Assembly: GCA_963677485.1 (NCBI GenBank)
Contig: OY781964.1
Location: 5,120,001-5,184,000 of the forward strand
From: Armatimonadota bacterium
GTDB lineage: Bacteria; Armatimonadota; HRBIN16
Length of the DNA stretch: 64,000 bases
Reading direction: 5' to 3'
The notes beneath the pieces were generated by a model. It saw nothing but the letters and a program-made list of their open reading frames with translations, made no database searches and had not been told where the DNA came from. The position numbers and the translations under genes were made by a program. Below are positions 38,613 through 48,092 of this stretch, one piece after another (the stretch's first letter is position 1; each line of letters begins with the position of its first letter).

Positions 38613-40262
38613 ATGCCAGATCAGCAAAAGCTAGGCCGGTATATAATCAAGCGGGAGATTGCCCGCAGCAACGACATCGTTTGGGAGGCCATTGACCCCC
38701 AGATGGGTCGGCGTGTCGCCTTAAAAGAGCTGTTCATGCCGCAGAACTCCACCCATGAACAGCACGAGGAACGTCTGCGCCGGTTCAGGCGCGAAGCACA
38801 GGCTGCTGGCCGGGCGATGCACCCCAACATCGTGACGGTGTTTGAAATCGGCGAGGCCCACGGTCGGTATTTCATCGCGATGGAATACCTTGAGGGCGAC
38901 ACTCTTCGTCAGATGCTGAACCAGGACGGTCCGGTGCCGGTCAATAGAGCGATACACATCATCCAGCAAGTGTTGGCAGCATTGGCGCATGCCCATCGGC
39001 TCAGTGTGGTGCATAGGGACATCAAACCCGAGAATATCCACATACTGCCGGAAGATACGGTGAAAATCACCGATTTTGGCATCGCGCGGATATCTTTTGA
39101 GCCCAACATCACAATCAACGGCCAGGTATTCGGCACTCCCAACTATATGGCACCTGAGCAGATATCGGGCGGCACGATTGACTGTAGAACCGACATCTTT
39201 GCAGTAGGTATAGTGCTGCTCGAGATGCTTACCGGTCAAAAGCCCTTCGCAGGCGATAACCTTCAGGAGACCTCATACAACATCTGTCACCGCGAGCCGG
39301 CCTATCCTGCAGGAATTCAAGGCCCGCTGTTGGCCTTCATTCAGCGTTGCCTTGCCAAAAGCCCCGACGACCGCTACTCGACCGCTGATCAAGCACTAAC
39401 CGCCATCGGGCTTGTCCAAAGCACCCCGCACAGTCAACCGATCTCGTATAACAGTCCGGCGGATCAGCCGGCACCTACGGTCAAGGCACCTTACATCACC
39501 CAGACACCGCAGGCACCATCCGGGCTCACGAATTACAACATATCTCAAACGACGATGGCCCAGCCACCATCCAGTAAAATTATCATCGGTTTGAAAGCGA
39601 CCTTGTTGACATGCATCATATTAACAATCATCGGCTTCGGGGTATGGATGGCATTCAAGGGATTCCAGACATATGAAGTCGGCGAAAAGCAAAAGCATCT
39701 GGACAACATCTTATCGATGGCGATGCAAAGCCACGCTGCACAGGAATACGATACAGCCATAGCACAGTATTCACAGGTAGCTAATGACCCGGACGCGACT
39801 CCTGACCAGCGCAATACCGCAAAGCGAAATGCCGCGACATCTGCAATGTGGGCTGAGGATCGCGAATTGAAACAAGCAAAGAGTGCAACCGATCTCCGGA
39901 TGGCATATTTCTATTTCAAAAAGGCCCATGAATCAGACGCTCAGTATGAAGACGTAACCACATATATAAACAGGAACGCTATCAGACTACATATACTTAA
40001 TCCAGATTCACAATCTACAGTACCGGTGGCTCCACCCAAGGAAGAAAACATCACTCCGCCTGCCAACCCAAGTGACCTGACATCCGCCAATCAGTATTAC
40101 CAGAACGGCCTAAAGGCCTACAACGAAGGCCGATCGGAAGATGCTCTGCAGCAGTTTAACGCAGCCATCCGAAGTGCTCCATCAAGTAAGACTGCCAGTG
40201 ATGCTGCGAAGATGATCACCCAGATCTCCTTTATGAAGGACCAAACCACTTCTCCCAACTGA
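38613..40262 (+). CDS. Hanks-type Ser/Thr protein kinase with TM helix and extracytoplasmic TPR-like region
   Basis: VALK, HPNIV, HRDIKPEN, DFG, GTPNYMAPE, DIFAVG; TM IIIGLKATLLTCIILTIIGFGVW; YQNGLKAYNEGRSEDALQQF TPR. Confidence 0.92.
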   Translation: MPDQQKLGRYIIKREIARSNDIVWEAIDPQMGRRVALKELFMPQNSTHEQHEERLRRFRREAQAAGRAMHPNIVTVFEIGEAHGRYFIAMEYLEGDTLRQMLNQDGPVPVNRAIHIIQQVLAALAHAHRLSVVHRDIKPENIHILPEDTVKITDFGIARISFEPNITINGQVFGTPNYMAPEQISGGTIDCRTDIFAVGIVLLEMLTGQKPFAGDNLQETSYNICHREPAYPAGIQGPLLAFIQRCLAKSPDDRYSTADQALTAIGLVQSTPHSQPISYNSPADQPAPTVKAPYITQTPQAPSGLTNYNISQTTMAQPPSSKIIIGLKATLLTCIILTIIGFGVWMAFKGFQTYEVGEKQKHLDNILSMAMQSHAAQEYDTAIAQYSQVANDPDATPDQRNTAKRNAATSAMWAEDRELKQAKSATDLRMAYFYFKKAHESDAQYEDVTTYINRNAIRLHILNPDSQSTVPVAPPKEENITPPANPSDLTSANQYYQNGLKAYNEGRSEDALQQFNAAIRSAPSSKTASDAAKMITQISFMKDQTTSPN

Positions 40263-40303
40263 CAACCAAGGCTTGTTATACTATAGTTGGGGGATATTAC
40301 GAC

Positions 40304-41260
40304 TTGCGACAACAGCTCACTCTCGATCGCCGCGCTCAGTATTTAAGAAGCAGACGGCGGCCACTCTGGGTACCATTTGTCATCATTTTAGGAATTATTT
40401 GTATACTTGCCAGTGGGTATTTTGCCTACATCGTTGCCAAAAGTCCTGCCATACGCAAGACGCTTCAGGCGACCTGGTATTACCGAGGTCTGTCCCCTGC
40501 TAAGACATTCCCACATCAGCAAGCGATCACGCTGCTAGTGATGGGCAGCGATGAAAACCGTGATAATCAAAAGCGGATCAGCACCAAAATCACACGCAGC
40601 GACACCATCATGCTCGCTCGTTTCAACTTTGTCACACGGACGGTAGGTATTCTATCAATCCCTCGCGACACCTGGGTGGATATCCCTGGGCATGGAAAAC
40701 ACAAAATCAACGCGGCCCACGCTATCGGTGGGTCCGAACTGGTGACGGCGACTCTGCGCGACTGGATTGGTGTGACCTCTGACCAGTGGGTAAGCATTAA
40801 CTATAGCGGGTTCAAGCAGGCGGTAGATGCGCTGGGCGGGATCAAGCTCAATGTTGACAAGCAACTAGACTACGATGACAACTGGGGCGACCTTCACGTT
40901 CATCTGAAACCAGGTGATCAGGTTCTCAACGGAGACCAGGCACTGGGGTTCGTCCGTATTCGGAAATGCGACAGCGACTTTGGGCGGATCGAACGGCAGC
41001 AGCAGTTTATGCACGCGCTAAAGCTTAAGCTCGCAGACCCCGTCACATACGCAAAGGCCCCTGATGTGCTCAACGCCATCATGGAAAATGTGCATAGCGA
41101 TATGGACTATGGCCAAATGCTCTCACTGGCAAACTGGAGCCGCAGTCTACCCGCCAGCAGCATCACGATGAAGACAGTGCCCGCAGAACCGTGTGGTAAC
41201 GCCGTCTGCGCCGATGACGACCAGCTCCGCGCGATCGTCGCAGAGTTGTTTCTGAACTAA
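40304..41260 (+). CDS. LCP (LytR-CpsA-Psr) family protein
   Basis: N-terminal TM, LLVMGSD, RSDTIM, SIPRDT, KINAA, AVDALGG, SDFGRIERQQ. Confidence 0.93.
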   Translation: MRQQLTLDRRAQYLRSRRRPLWVPFVIILGIICILASGYFAYIVAKSPAIRKTLQATWYYRGLSPAKTFPHQQAITLLVMGSDENRDNQKRISTKITRSDTIMLARFNFVTRTVGILSIPRDTWVDIPGHGKHKINAAHAIGGSELVTATLRDWIGVTSDQWVSINYSGFKQAVDALGGIKLNVDKQLDYDDNWGDLHVHLKPGDQVLNGDQALGFVRIRKCDSDFGRIERQQQFMHALKLKLADPVTYAKAPDVLNAIMENVHSDMDYGQMLSLANWSRSLPASSITMKTVPAEPCGNAVCADDDQLRAIVAELFLN

Positions 41261-41280
41261 GGCGAGTTTCGCGACCGCAT

Positions 41281-42894
41281 TTACTTGGACCTGTCTGGCA
41301 TCAACGCCTTGAGTACCTCGCGGTCAGGCGTCTGATTGCCGGCGGGTCCAAACGGTGTTCTCGGCGCACTCATCACAGTGAATGTCTCATTGTATGACCA
41401 GTAGGCCCAGCCAATGCCATATGCATCAAATAGCGAACGAACCTCATTGATGTACCGGCAGCGGTCTGCTGGTGATGCGCCATCCTGAAAACAGCCAAAC
41501 TCCGCACACCATATCTTCAACTTGCCGCCGCCATAATACATATTCCAGGCATTCAACTGTTCGATTCTGGCTTGTAGCCGCGCCTTGTTCCAGTTTTCAA
41601 CGGCATATCGCTCAATCTCAATCTTCATTCGATCTTGCCACGGCTCCGGAACCGATGTTAGATATGTATGCATCTCCTTAAGCAGTTCAGGGCTTGATGG
41701 GTAAGGCAGGTTCCTCAGATACTGCAAACCCGCTGTCTGCCACGCTCCAGCTTGGAAGGTAAATACATGAGGTTCATAGAACGTAAAACTATACATGACA
41801 TTTACATCATGCACCGGAGTAATGTCGTAGAAACCCTCGATTTGCCCCGTCATATCCCCGCTTAGTATCAGCGTGTGGGCAGGCATAGGCTTTCGCAGCA
41901 CATTCCATATGCGGTGCTGAAGCTTGTCCCAGTGATTCCAATCTTCCCATTTTGTGCTTGACCCAAATGGCTCCGTCATGAGTTGTAGTGCGAGTTGGTC
42001 AGGATCCCATCGATGGGCCAGATAAGCCCCGAACTCACGGTAGAAGAGCAGCAAACTCTCGAACCGGCTTTCGCTGCGAAGGCACTCTTGCTTGAAGTCA
42101 TTCTCGGGGTGTATGCACACCACAACCGGAAGCTTAATATGGCTTGCAGTGTTGATAACTTGCTCGATGTACCGAATGCGAACTAAGTCGAGTCCGTCAA
42201 CCGACATAAACACAGCGGGGTTGACCAACAGCTTGACGAACTCAAATCCCATGGACTTAATGAGTTCGATGTCCCCTCTCTCGATGGTGGCATATGGACC
42301 GGGCGGTATGGTCCGTATCTGGCGGTCAATGGCAATGCCGTGGTTGAGTTGCAGTCTGAGTTTTGCAGCCGGTGCCAGATGCTGAGCGGATGCAGACTTA
42401 TTCGTCGTACCACTGGCTATGTAGAACCGAACTTCGCTGAGGCCGTATAGGCCATCAGGATCACCGTAATTGCCAACGTTGGGTCCTTCTACAGCAGCGA
42501 TCCTTACGGCCTTGGCTCGAATGCCACGGAAATCCACAGTGGTGTCATGCGGGTGGTTTGGTGAGCCAGAAGCTTGAGCCAACACGTAATAGCCCAGTTT
42601 ATGCCATCTGCGGCCATCTGAGGAATATTCGATCTCAACATTCCGAAGTCCGCGGCGGGTGTTTTCGTTGTAGTTCCACACCCACATCTCGGCGATGGAA
42701 TGGACTTGGCTGAACTCGAACTTGATCCAGACGCCACCAGTTGCGGTCGTCCCCCAGGTGTTAGCCCAGCGATTATCGCAGAGGTCACCCACCATGCCAC
42801 TGTTGTTGATGGTATTCACCGCTGGCCGGTCACTTTCGTTTGAAGCCGTGACCTTGATCTCGAAGCCCGTTAACGCCCTTGACATGCCAGTCAC
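41281..42894 (-). CDS. GH5-like glycoside hydrolase with N-terminal discoidin (F5/8)-like domain
   Basis: WIKFEF...IEYSSDG...W, LSEVRFY; catalytic-like MTEP and CAEFG, GIGWAYWSY. Confidence 0.65.
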   Translation of the reverse strand: MTGMSRALTGFEIKVTASNESDRPAVNTINNSGMVGDLCDNRWANTWGTTATGGVWIKFEFSQVHSIAEMWVWNYNENTRRGLRNVEIEYSSDGRRWHKLGYYVLAQASGSPNHPHDTTVDFRGIRAKAVRIAAVEGPNVGNYGDPDGLYGLSEVRFYIASGTTNKSASAQHLAPAAKLRLQLNHGIAIDRQIRTIPPGPYATIERGDIELIKSMGFEFVKLLVNPAVFMSVDGLDLVRIRYIEQVINTASHIKLPVVVCIHPENDFKQECLRSESRFESLLLFYREFGAYLAHRWDPDQLALQLMTEPFGSSTKWEDWNHWDKLQHRIWNVLRKPMPAHTLILSGDMTGQIEGFYDITPVHDVNVMYSFTFYEPHVFTFQAGAWQTAGLQYLRNLPYPSSPELLKEMHTYLTSVPEPWQDRMKIEIERYAVENWNKARLQARIEQLNAWNMYYGGGKLKIWCAEFGCFQDGASPADRCRYINEVRSLFDAYGIGWAYWSYNETFTVMSAPRTPFGPAGNQTPDREVLKALMPDRSK

Positions 42895-42921
42895 CCTTCT
42901 GCTCGAAAACCGTGTAAGAAC

Positions 42922-44043
42922 TTACAGGCTTGTAGACAGCACCCTGGCGACACGTGTGGATATGTGCGTACACACTTCATGCGGATTCGTCTCAAGCCAG
43001 CCGGCGACTTCCTTCGCCGTGATGGTGTTAATGCCTTGTCGGCCGATGATCACCACATCGTCGCCGATCGCGGCTCCTGGAGTGGTGGCGTCCACCATCA
43101 TTTGATCCATACAGACTCGACCTACCACGCGAACACGCTGACCGCGCAACAGCACCTGCCCCTGGTTACTCAGTTTTCGGGAAAAACAGTCGCCATATCC
43201 AGCGCCCAAAGTGGCGATGAGCGTCTCACGCTCTGTCACATAGGAGCCTGCATACCCCACCAGAGTTCCTTTCGGTACTGTGCGCAGAGCAGTCACCCTG
43301 GTATGGATGCTCATCATGGGATGAAGCCCTGTGGCCTGCTGGTTCGTGCCATTCGGGGCAATACCATACAGGCTCAGCCCCAGTCTGACCATATCACCAT
43401 GGGTCTGTTTATGCAGGAATGTAGCCGCACTGGCGGCCGCATGTTTGGTGAGGCTGCGTCCCAAAGCACTCTCCGCTTGCACAGCGGTGAGGTGGAACTG
43501 CTCCCACTGAGCTCGGGTCAACTCAGGCATGGTGTCAGCACAAGGAAAGTGTGTCGCGATACCCTTCACACATATGCCGGGCAGTTTGTCCAACTCAACG
43601 GCCATTTGCACGGCTTGATCGGGGGCAACCCCAAACCGGCACATGCCGATATCAACCTTCAAATGAACTGCCATCCTCTGCTCATTCCGAGCGGCTATAC
43701 GTCCAAAAGCTTCAGTGAACACATGATCTTGCACCAGAGGAATGCTGCGGGTGGCAAATACCTCCTCGGCTTCCTGAGGCAACACAGGGCTCAAGATGAT
43801 GATATCCGACTGGCACCCGGCGTCTCTCAGTTCCCAGGCTTCGCTCAGCGTAGCCACGCCAAACCGGCTGATTCCCAACCGCTCCAGCTCTGGGACTATC
43901 GTGACAGCCCCATGACCATACGCATTCCCCTTCACAACACCCATGATCTGGGTGCCTGGAGTCAGCAATTCGTTGATAATGCCTACATTGTGAGCCAGTG
44001 ATTTGATATCGAGTAACGCATATGTCCGCAGGAAATGATCCAA
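42922..44043 (-). CDS. alr: Alanine racemase
   Basis: VVKGNAYGHG, VATLSEA, HLKVDIGM.RFG, GYAG, GRVCMDQ. Confidence 0.95.
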   Translation of the reverse strand: MDHFLRTYALLDIKSLAHNVGIINELLTPGTQIMGVVKGNAYGHGAVTIVPELERLGISRFGVATLSEAWELRDAGCQSDIIILSPVLPQEAEEVFATRSIPLVQDHVFTEAFGRIAARNEQRMAVHLKVDIGMCRFGVAPDQAVQMAVELDKLPGICVKGIATHFPCADTMPELTRAQWEQFHLTAVQAESALGRSLTKHAAASAATFLHKQTHGDMVRLGLSLYGIAPNGTNQQATGLHPMMSIHTRVTALRTVPKGTLVGYAGSYVTERETLIATLGAGYGDCFSRKLSNQGQVLLRGQRVRVVGRVCMDQMMVDATTPGAAIGDDVVIIGRQGINTITAKEVAGWLETNPHEVCTHISTRVARVLSTSL

Positions 44044-44302
44044 GTTTTCACCTTGTAATGGGCAAGTCTAGGAGTCATACGGCTCCCAACCATGATTGTA
44101 CATGGAACTGAGGGCAGTGTGGGAATGAAACGAGCATAAGGATCGCCGACCTCACCTGCCCCATCGTGTCTGTCGATGGATACACATGGCATTCTAGGTA
44201 TTTTCAACTCCGTATAGACGTGCCTCCATCCACGGTAATCACTGTCATTTGTTTTATTTCCACACATTTTTCCATAAATATGCTCAAAATACCGGAAACA
44301 TC

Positions 44303-44351
44303 TTGACAATATTCAACATGTACGGCCACAATATGAATGAACGTTCATTCA
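44303..44351 (+). promoter_or_regulatory. Promoter and TetR operator for the efflux operon
   Basis: TTGACA-18-CACAAT followed by the perfect 18-bp palindrome TGAATGAACGTTCATTCA (44334-44351). Confidence 0.8.
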
Positions 44352-44369
44352 ACACAAGAGGCGATAGAC

Positions 44370-45035
44370 ATGCAAGAGGCACGTAAACGGCAGCAGGGTC
44401 AGAATCCTGATGTCAAGCGTCGGATCATCGATGCGGCTGAACACCTGTTTGCAGACAAAGGATTTGACGCCACTTCGATCAGCGACATCACCAAAGAAGC
44501 CGATGTTGCTCGTGCGCTCATTTACTATTACTTTAAAGACAAGCTAGGTCTTTACGAATCCATCATCCAAGATGGCAATGACTATGTCGGCAGCTGCGCG
44601 CAGGAAGCCGCGGACACTATAGGATCTACGCTCGATAGGCTGCGTGTTTTCATGGCCAGGCTAAGACAACTGCACATCGATCGGCCCAGCCACTCACGTT
44701 TGACTGTCCGCGCTTATTTGGAAAACAACCTGTCGTTTGACCAGAAAATGCGTGAAAGTTTTAGCCGTGTATCAACTTTACTAGGGCAAATCATCACCGA
44801 AGGCATTAACAAAGGTGAACTACGTGACGTAGATGTCGACAAAACCATACATATGGTGATGGGCATAGTACACTCGCTGGTGATGATGCAAATACAAAGC
44901 AACTACGTGAATGCAACCGATCGTGACATAGATTTCGCGATTGAAATTCTAGAACATGGTATCGGTAAAGACCCTGCTAGCCAACCGGCATCTTCTGGCA
45001 ACCACCCAGAGATAAATGGAGACCAAAATGGATAG
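44370..45035 (+). CDS. TetR/AcrR family regulator
   Basis: RIIDAAEHLFADKGFDATSISDI...ALIYYYFKDK HTH; start set at ATG 44370 because ATG 44337 lies inside the operator. Confidence 0.93.
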   Translation: MQEARKRQQGQNPDVKRRIIDAAEHLFADKGFDATSISDITKEADVARALIYYYFKDKLGLYESIIQDGNDYVGSCAQEAADTIGSTLDRLRVFMARLRQLHIDRPSHSRLTVRAYLENNLSFDQKMRESFSRVSTLLGQIITEGINKGELRDVDVDKTIHMVMGIVHSLVMMQIQSNYVNATDRDIDFAIEILEHGIGKDPASQPASSGNHPEINGDQNG

Positions 45036-46617
45036 ATATTACAAAACAGCCATAAGTTTACTTACGGTAAGCATGCTGGCCACTGGAGTGCAGGCCCAAA
45101 CACCTGCATCTGAGCCAGTCATGCTGAAAAACCTGATTCCACAAATATGCCCAGCCAACCCGGGTCACCAAGTGACAACAGGGAGCCAGCCAATCGCGTC
45201 ACTCCCTATGACCGTAAAGGTACCCGACGTGAAGAGCCCAACGAATATGTTGGGCGATACCGTACAGACGCCTGCAGATTCCTCAGCACATGCGGCAATC
45301 AAAACCGATGTGCCATCCTTACCAGGTGCCTCTGTACCAGAGGATATCAAGAGCCCAATCAGCCTTGAGAAGGCCATACAAATCGCCTTTCAGTGCAGCC
45401 CGGACATACAGAGCGCCATTGCTCAGGTAGAGGCCTCAAGAGGAGGTATCGATGCTGCCAAGGCGAGTTTCAACCCGGTCTTCAAACTGCAGGCATCGTC
45501 TACTCTTCAAGGACCTGAAAGTGCTGCTGTCCAAACAAGCTCCACTATGGCAGGGTTAACGGCGGTTCTACCACTCGATGTGTCACGACAGTTAAAATAC
45601 AGTTCTGACATCACACAGATGCAGTTCCAACTCCAGTATCTTCAGATGGTCTCCGCTTCGGAGCAGTTGATACTCAAGGTCAAAACCGCATATTACACGC
45701 TCTTGCGATCATGCGGTCAAGAGACAGTGCGTCAAGCGGCGGTCGATGATTCAAAACTGCGTCTTGAGAATATAAAGGCAAAACGGACAGAAGGCACAGT
45801 GCCTCAGTTCGATGTCACTACGGCTGAAGTTGAGCTAGATAATCTCAACCAGCAGCTCATCTCGGCCCAAAGCCAGGTAAGGTTGGCTCAAGCCGGATTG
45901 AACGCGGCCATGGGTGTGGATGTCAACTACCCAACCCAGGTTGTCTCTTCGGACGTACAAATCGGCATCCGCGAAGTTGACATACCAAGCGTCACAGCAC
46001 AAGCATATGCCAAAAGGACCGATGTGAAATCCGCTCAGGTCTCTGTGGCACTGGGCAATAAGAATATCACGCTGCAGAAGACTGGCCTCTCCCCTACCGC
46101 CAACATCACCGGAGCAAGCAGCTATAACTTCAATCCCTCCGCCATGAGCACCGATAACTATTCATGGCAGGCGACCGTGACGCTCAGCATCCCGCTTTCA
46201 GATGGCGGGGCGACTAAGGCGAGGGTTCGTCAGGCGCAGGCCAATGCGCAGTCATCAGTGTCGTCACTCGACCGAACCCTGCTCACTGTCTCAAATGAGT
46301 TGAGAACCATCGCACTGAACCTGCAGGATGCTGCACAACGCACGCAAACCACGGAACACGCGGTCACCTTGGCGATCGATGCCCTCGATATCGCTAAAGA
46401 GAGATACAGTGCAGGCATAGCTGTTCAAGTTGAGGTTTCAAACGCGCAGTCACAACTCACACAGGCTAGATTTAACTACGTCAACGCATTGTTTGACTAT
46501 GCTGTTGCCACCGCTCAACTGGAAAAAGCGACATCCTCACAGACAGAGATGAACAATCTGGAATTACTCGCTGATCAAAGCCTCAACACTTCACATGATA
46601 AGGAGCCACGAAAATGA
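45028..46617 (+). CDS. TolC family outer membrane efflux protein
   Basis: Signal peptide, ISLEKAIQIA..SPDI, VKTAYY, LSIPLSDGG, ERYSAG, ALFDYAVA. Confidence 0.9.
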   Translation: MDRYYKTAISLLTVSMLATGVQAQTPASEPVMLKNLIPQICPANPGHQVTTGSQPIASLPMTVKVPDVKSPTNMLGDTVQTPADSSAHAAIKTDVPSLPGASVPEDIKSPISLEKAIQIAFQCSPDIQSAIAQVEASRGGIDAAKASFNPVFKLQASSTLQGPESAAVQTSSTMAGLTAVLPLDVSRQLKYSSDITQMQFQLQYLQMVSASEQLILKVKTAYYTLLRSCGQETVRQAAVDDSKLRLENIKAKRTEGTVPQFDVTTAEVELDNLNQQLISAQSQVRLAQAGLNAAMGVDVNYPTQVVSSDVQIGIREVDIPSVTAQAYAKRTDVKSAQVSVALGNKNITLQKTGLSPTANITGASSYNFNPSAMSTDNYSWQATVTLSIPLSDGGATKARVRQAQANAQSSVSSLDRTLLTVSNELRTIALNLQDAAQRTQTTEHAVTLAIDALDIAKERYSAGIAVQVEVSNAQSQLTQARFNYVNALFDYAVATAQLEKATSSQTEMNNLELLADQSLNTSHDKEPRK

Positions 46618-48092
46618 GGAAAATAATCATTGCTATAGTGCTGATCGTGCTGGTTTTGGGAGGCCTATATGGTCTATCCCAATATCGCAAACCTAAAGCA
46701 CCAGTGCCGACCTCAGCTCAGATATGGAAACAAACGGGTATACCCGTCAATACCGCAGTCCTTGCCCGTGGCGAGATGGTACAGACGATAGCGGTCACTG
46801 GTGATATCACCGCGCTGAATAGTGCTGTCGTTTCTCCTAAGATATCGGCCAGATTGACGTCGATATCGATTCATGAAGGCGACATTGTGAGCAAAGGCCA
46901 AGTGCTGGCTGTGCTTGATCAAGGGGATTCCTTAAATGGTTTAGAATCGGCTCGTGCCAGCCTGGAAGCATCAAAAGCCAGGCTAGCGCAGGCTGTGACA
47001 TATTCGGAAGTCACGAAAACTCAGACACAATCGGCAATTGAACAGGCGAATGCCAGTTTGCGCTCAGCATTAGCCAAACTTGAAGTTGCCAAAAGACCAT
47101 CTCGTTCACAAGACAGAATGGTTGCTGAGAACAAGATGGCGTCAGCAAAAGCGAATCTAGATAAAGCTCAAGCGGACTTCAATCGCAACGAGCGGCTCCT
47201 AAAACGTGGTGCGATTTCAGAATCCGCCTTCGATGTCTTCAAAACCCAGTATGCTGTGTCTCAATCGGACTACAAAACCGCTAACGACCAGTTATCACTC
47301 ATCACGGAAGGCGGTCGCAAAGAAGACATTACCAGCTCGGAATCTCAAGTTGAAATGGCCAGGCAACAGCTTCGAGAGGCTAAAGCGAATGCGTCACAAA
47401 ATCTCGTCAAAGAGAAAGACATTTTAACCGCTAAAACAGCCGTTCTTCAAGCTCAAGCCGCTGTAGACACCGCGAAGCGGCAACTGGACAACACATACAT
47501 CAAAGCATCGATATCCGGTGTGGTGGCCACACGAACAGCGGATCCCGGGCAAGTCGTCTCTCCTGGCCAAACCATGGCCACCATAGTCGACCTGAGCAGC
47601 GTTTACTTCAAAGGTGATGTGTCGGAGAAATACCTCGGTTCTGTCAGCAATGGACAAAGCGTCTCGGTACGCATTGAAGCCTTCCCGGGAAAGACATTAA
47701 CCGGTCGGATCACCCAGATCAACCCTGCAGGATCGACCGTCAACCGCAACTTCTCCGTGCGCATTACTATCAATGCAGCAGGACTAGTGGTCAAACCTGG
47801 CATGTTTGCCAGCGGCGATATCAAGGTCGATTCGATACAAAACGTGCTGCTTGTGCCCAAAGATGCACTTGACGACCGTAAAGGCATCCAGTCCGTCTTT
47901 ACCGTAGGGAAAGATAAGCAGGCCAAACGTCATCTCATCAGTGTGTTAAGCGAAAACCGCGACTATGTTCAACTTGCGAAACCCTTTGATCTAAAAGCCG
48001 GTGACACAGTAGTAACCCAGGGACATACCAACATCGAAGATGGCACATTGCTGGAACTAGATAGCGGGGAGGCAGTGAATGTGGTTAACTAA
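46614..48092 (+). CDS. RND efflux periplasmic adaptor subunit
   Basis: N-anchor, EGDIVSKGQVL lipoyl half, long helical hairpin, IKASISGVV, KPGMFA. Confidence 0.9.
   Translation: MRKIIIAIVLIVLVLGGLYGLSQYRKPKAPVPTSAQIWKQTGIPVNTAVLARGEMVQTIAVTGDITALNSAVVSPKISARLTSISIHEGDIVSKGQVLAVLDQGDSLNGLESARASLEASKARLAQAVTYSEVTKTQTQSAIEQANASLRSALAKLEVAKRPSRSQDRMVAENKMASAKANLDKAQADFNRNERLLKRGAISESAFDVFKTQYAVSQSDYKTANDQLSLITEGGRKEDITSSESQVEMARQQLREAKANASQNLVKEKDILTAKTAVLQAQAAVDTAKRQLDNTYIKASISGVVATRTADPGQVVSPGQTMATIVDLSSVYFKGDVSEKYLGSVSNGQSVSVRIEAFPGKTLTGRITQINPAGSTVNRNFSVRITINAAGLVVKPGMFASGDIKVDSIQNVLLVPKDALDDRKGIQSVFTVGKDKQAKRHLISVLSENRDYVQLAKPFDLKAGDTVVTQGHTNIEDGTLLELDSGEAVNVVN

Noticed and set aside
42964-44001. 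345-aa plus-strand ORF
   Set aside because: Antisense shadow of alr with no recognisable motifs
44050-44280. Short hairpins upstream of alr as a possible riboswitch
   Set aside because: No recognisable aptamer consensus; stems are short
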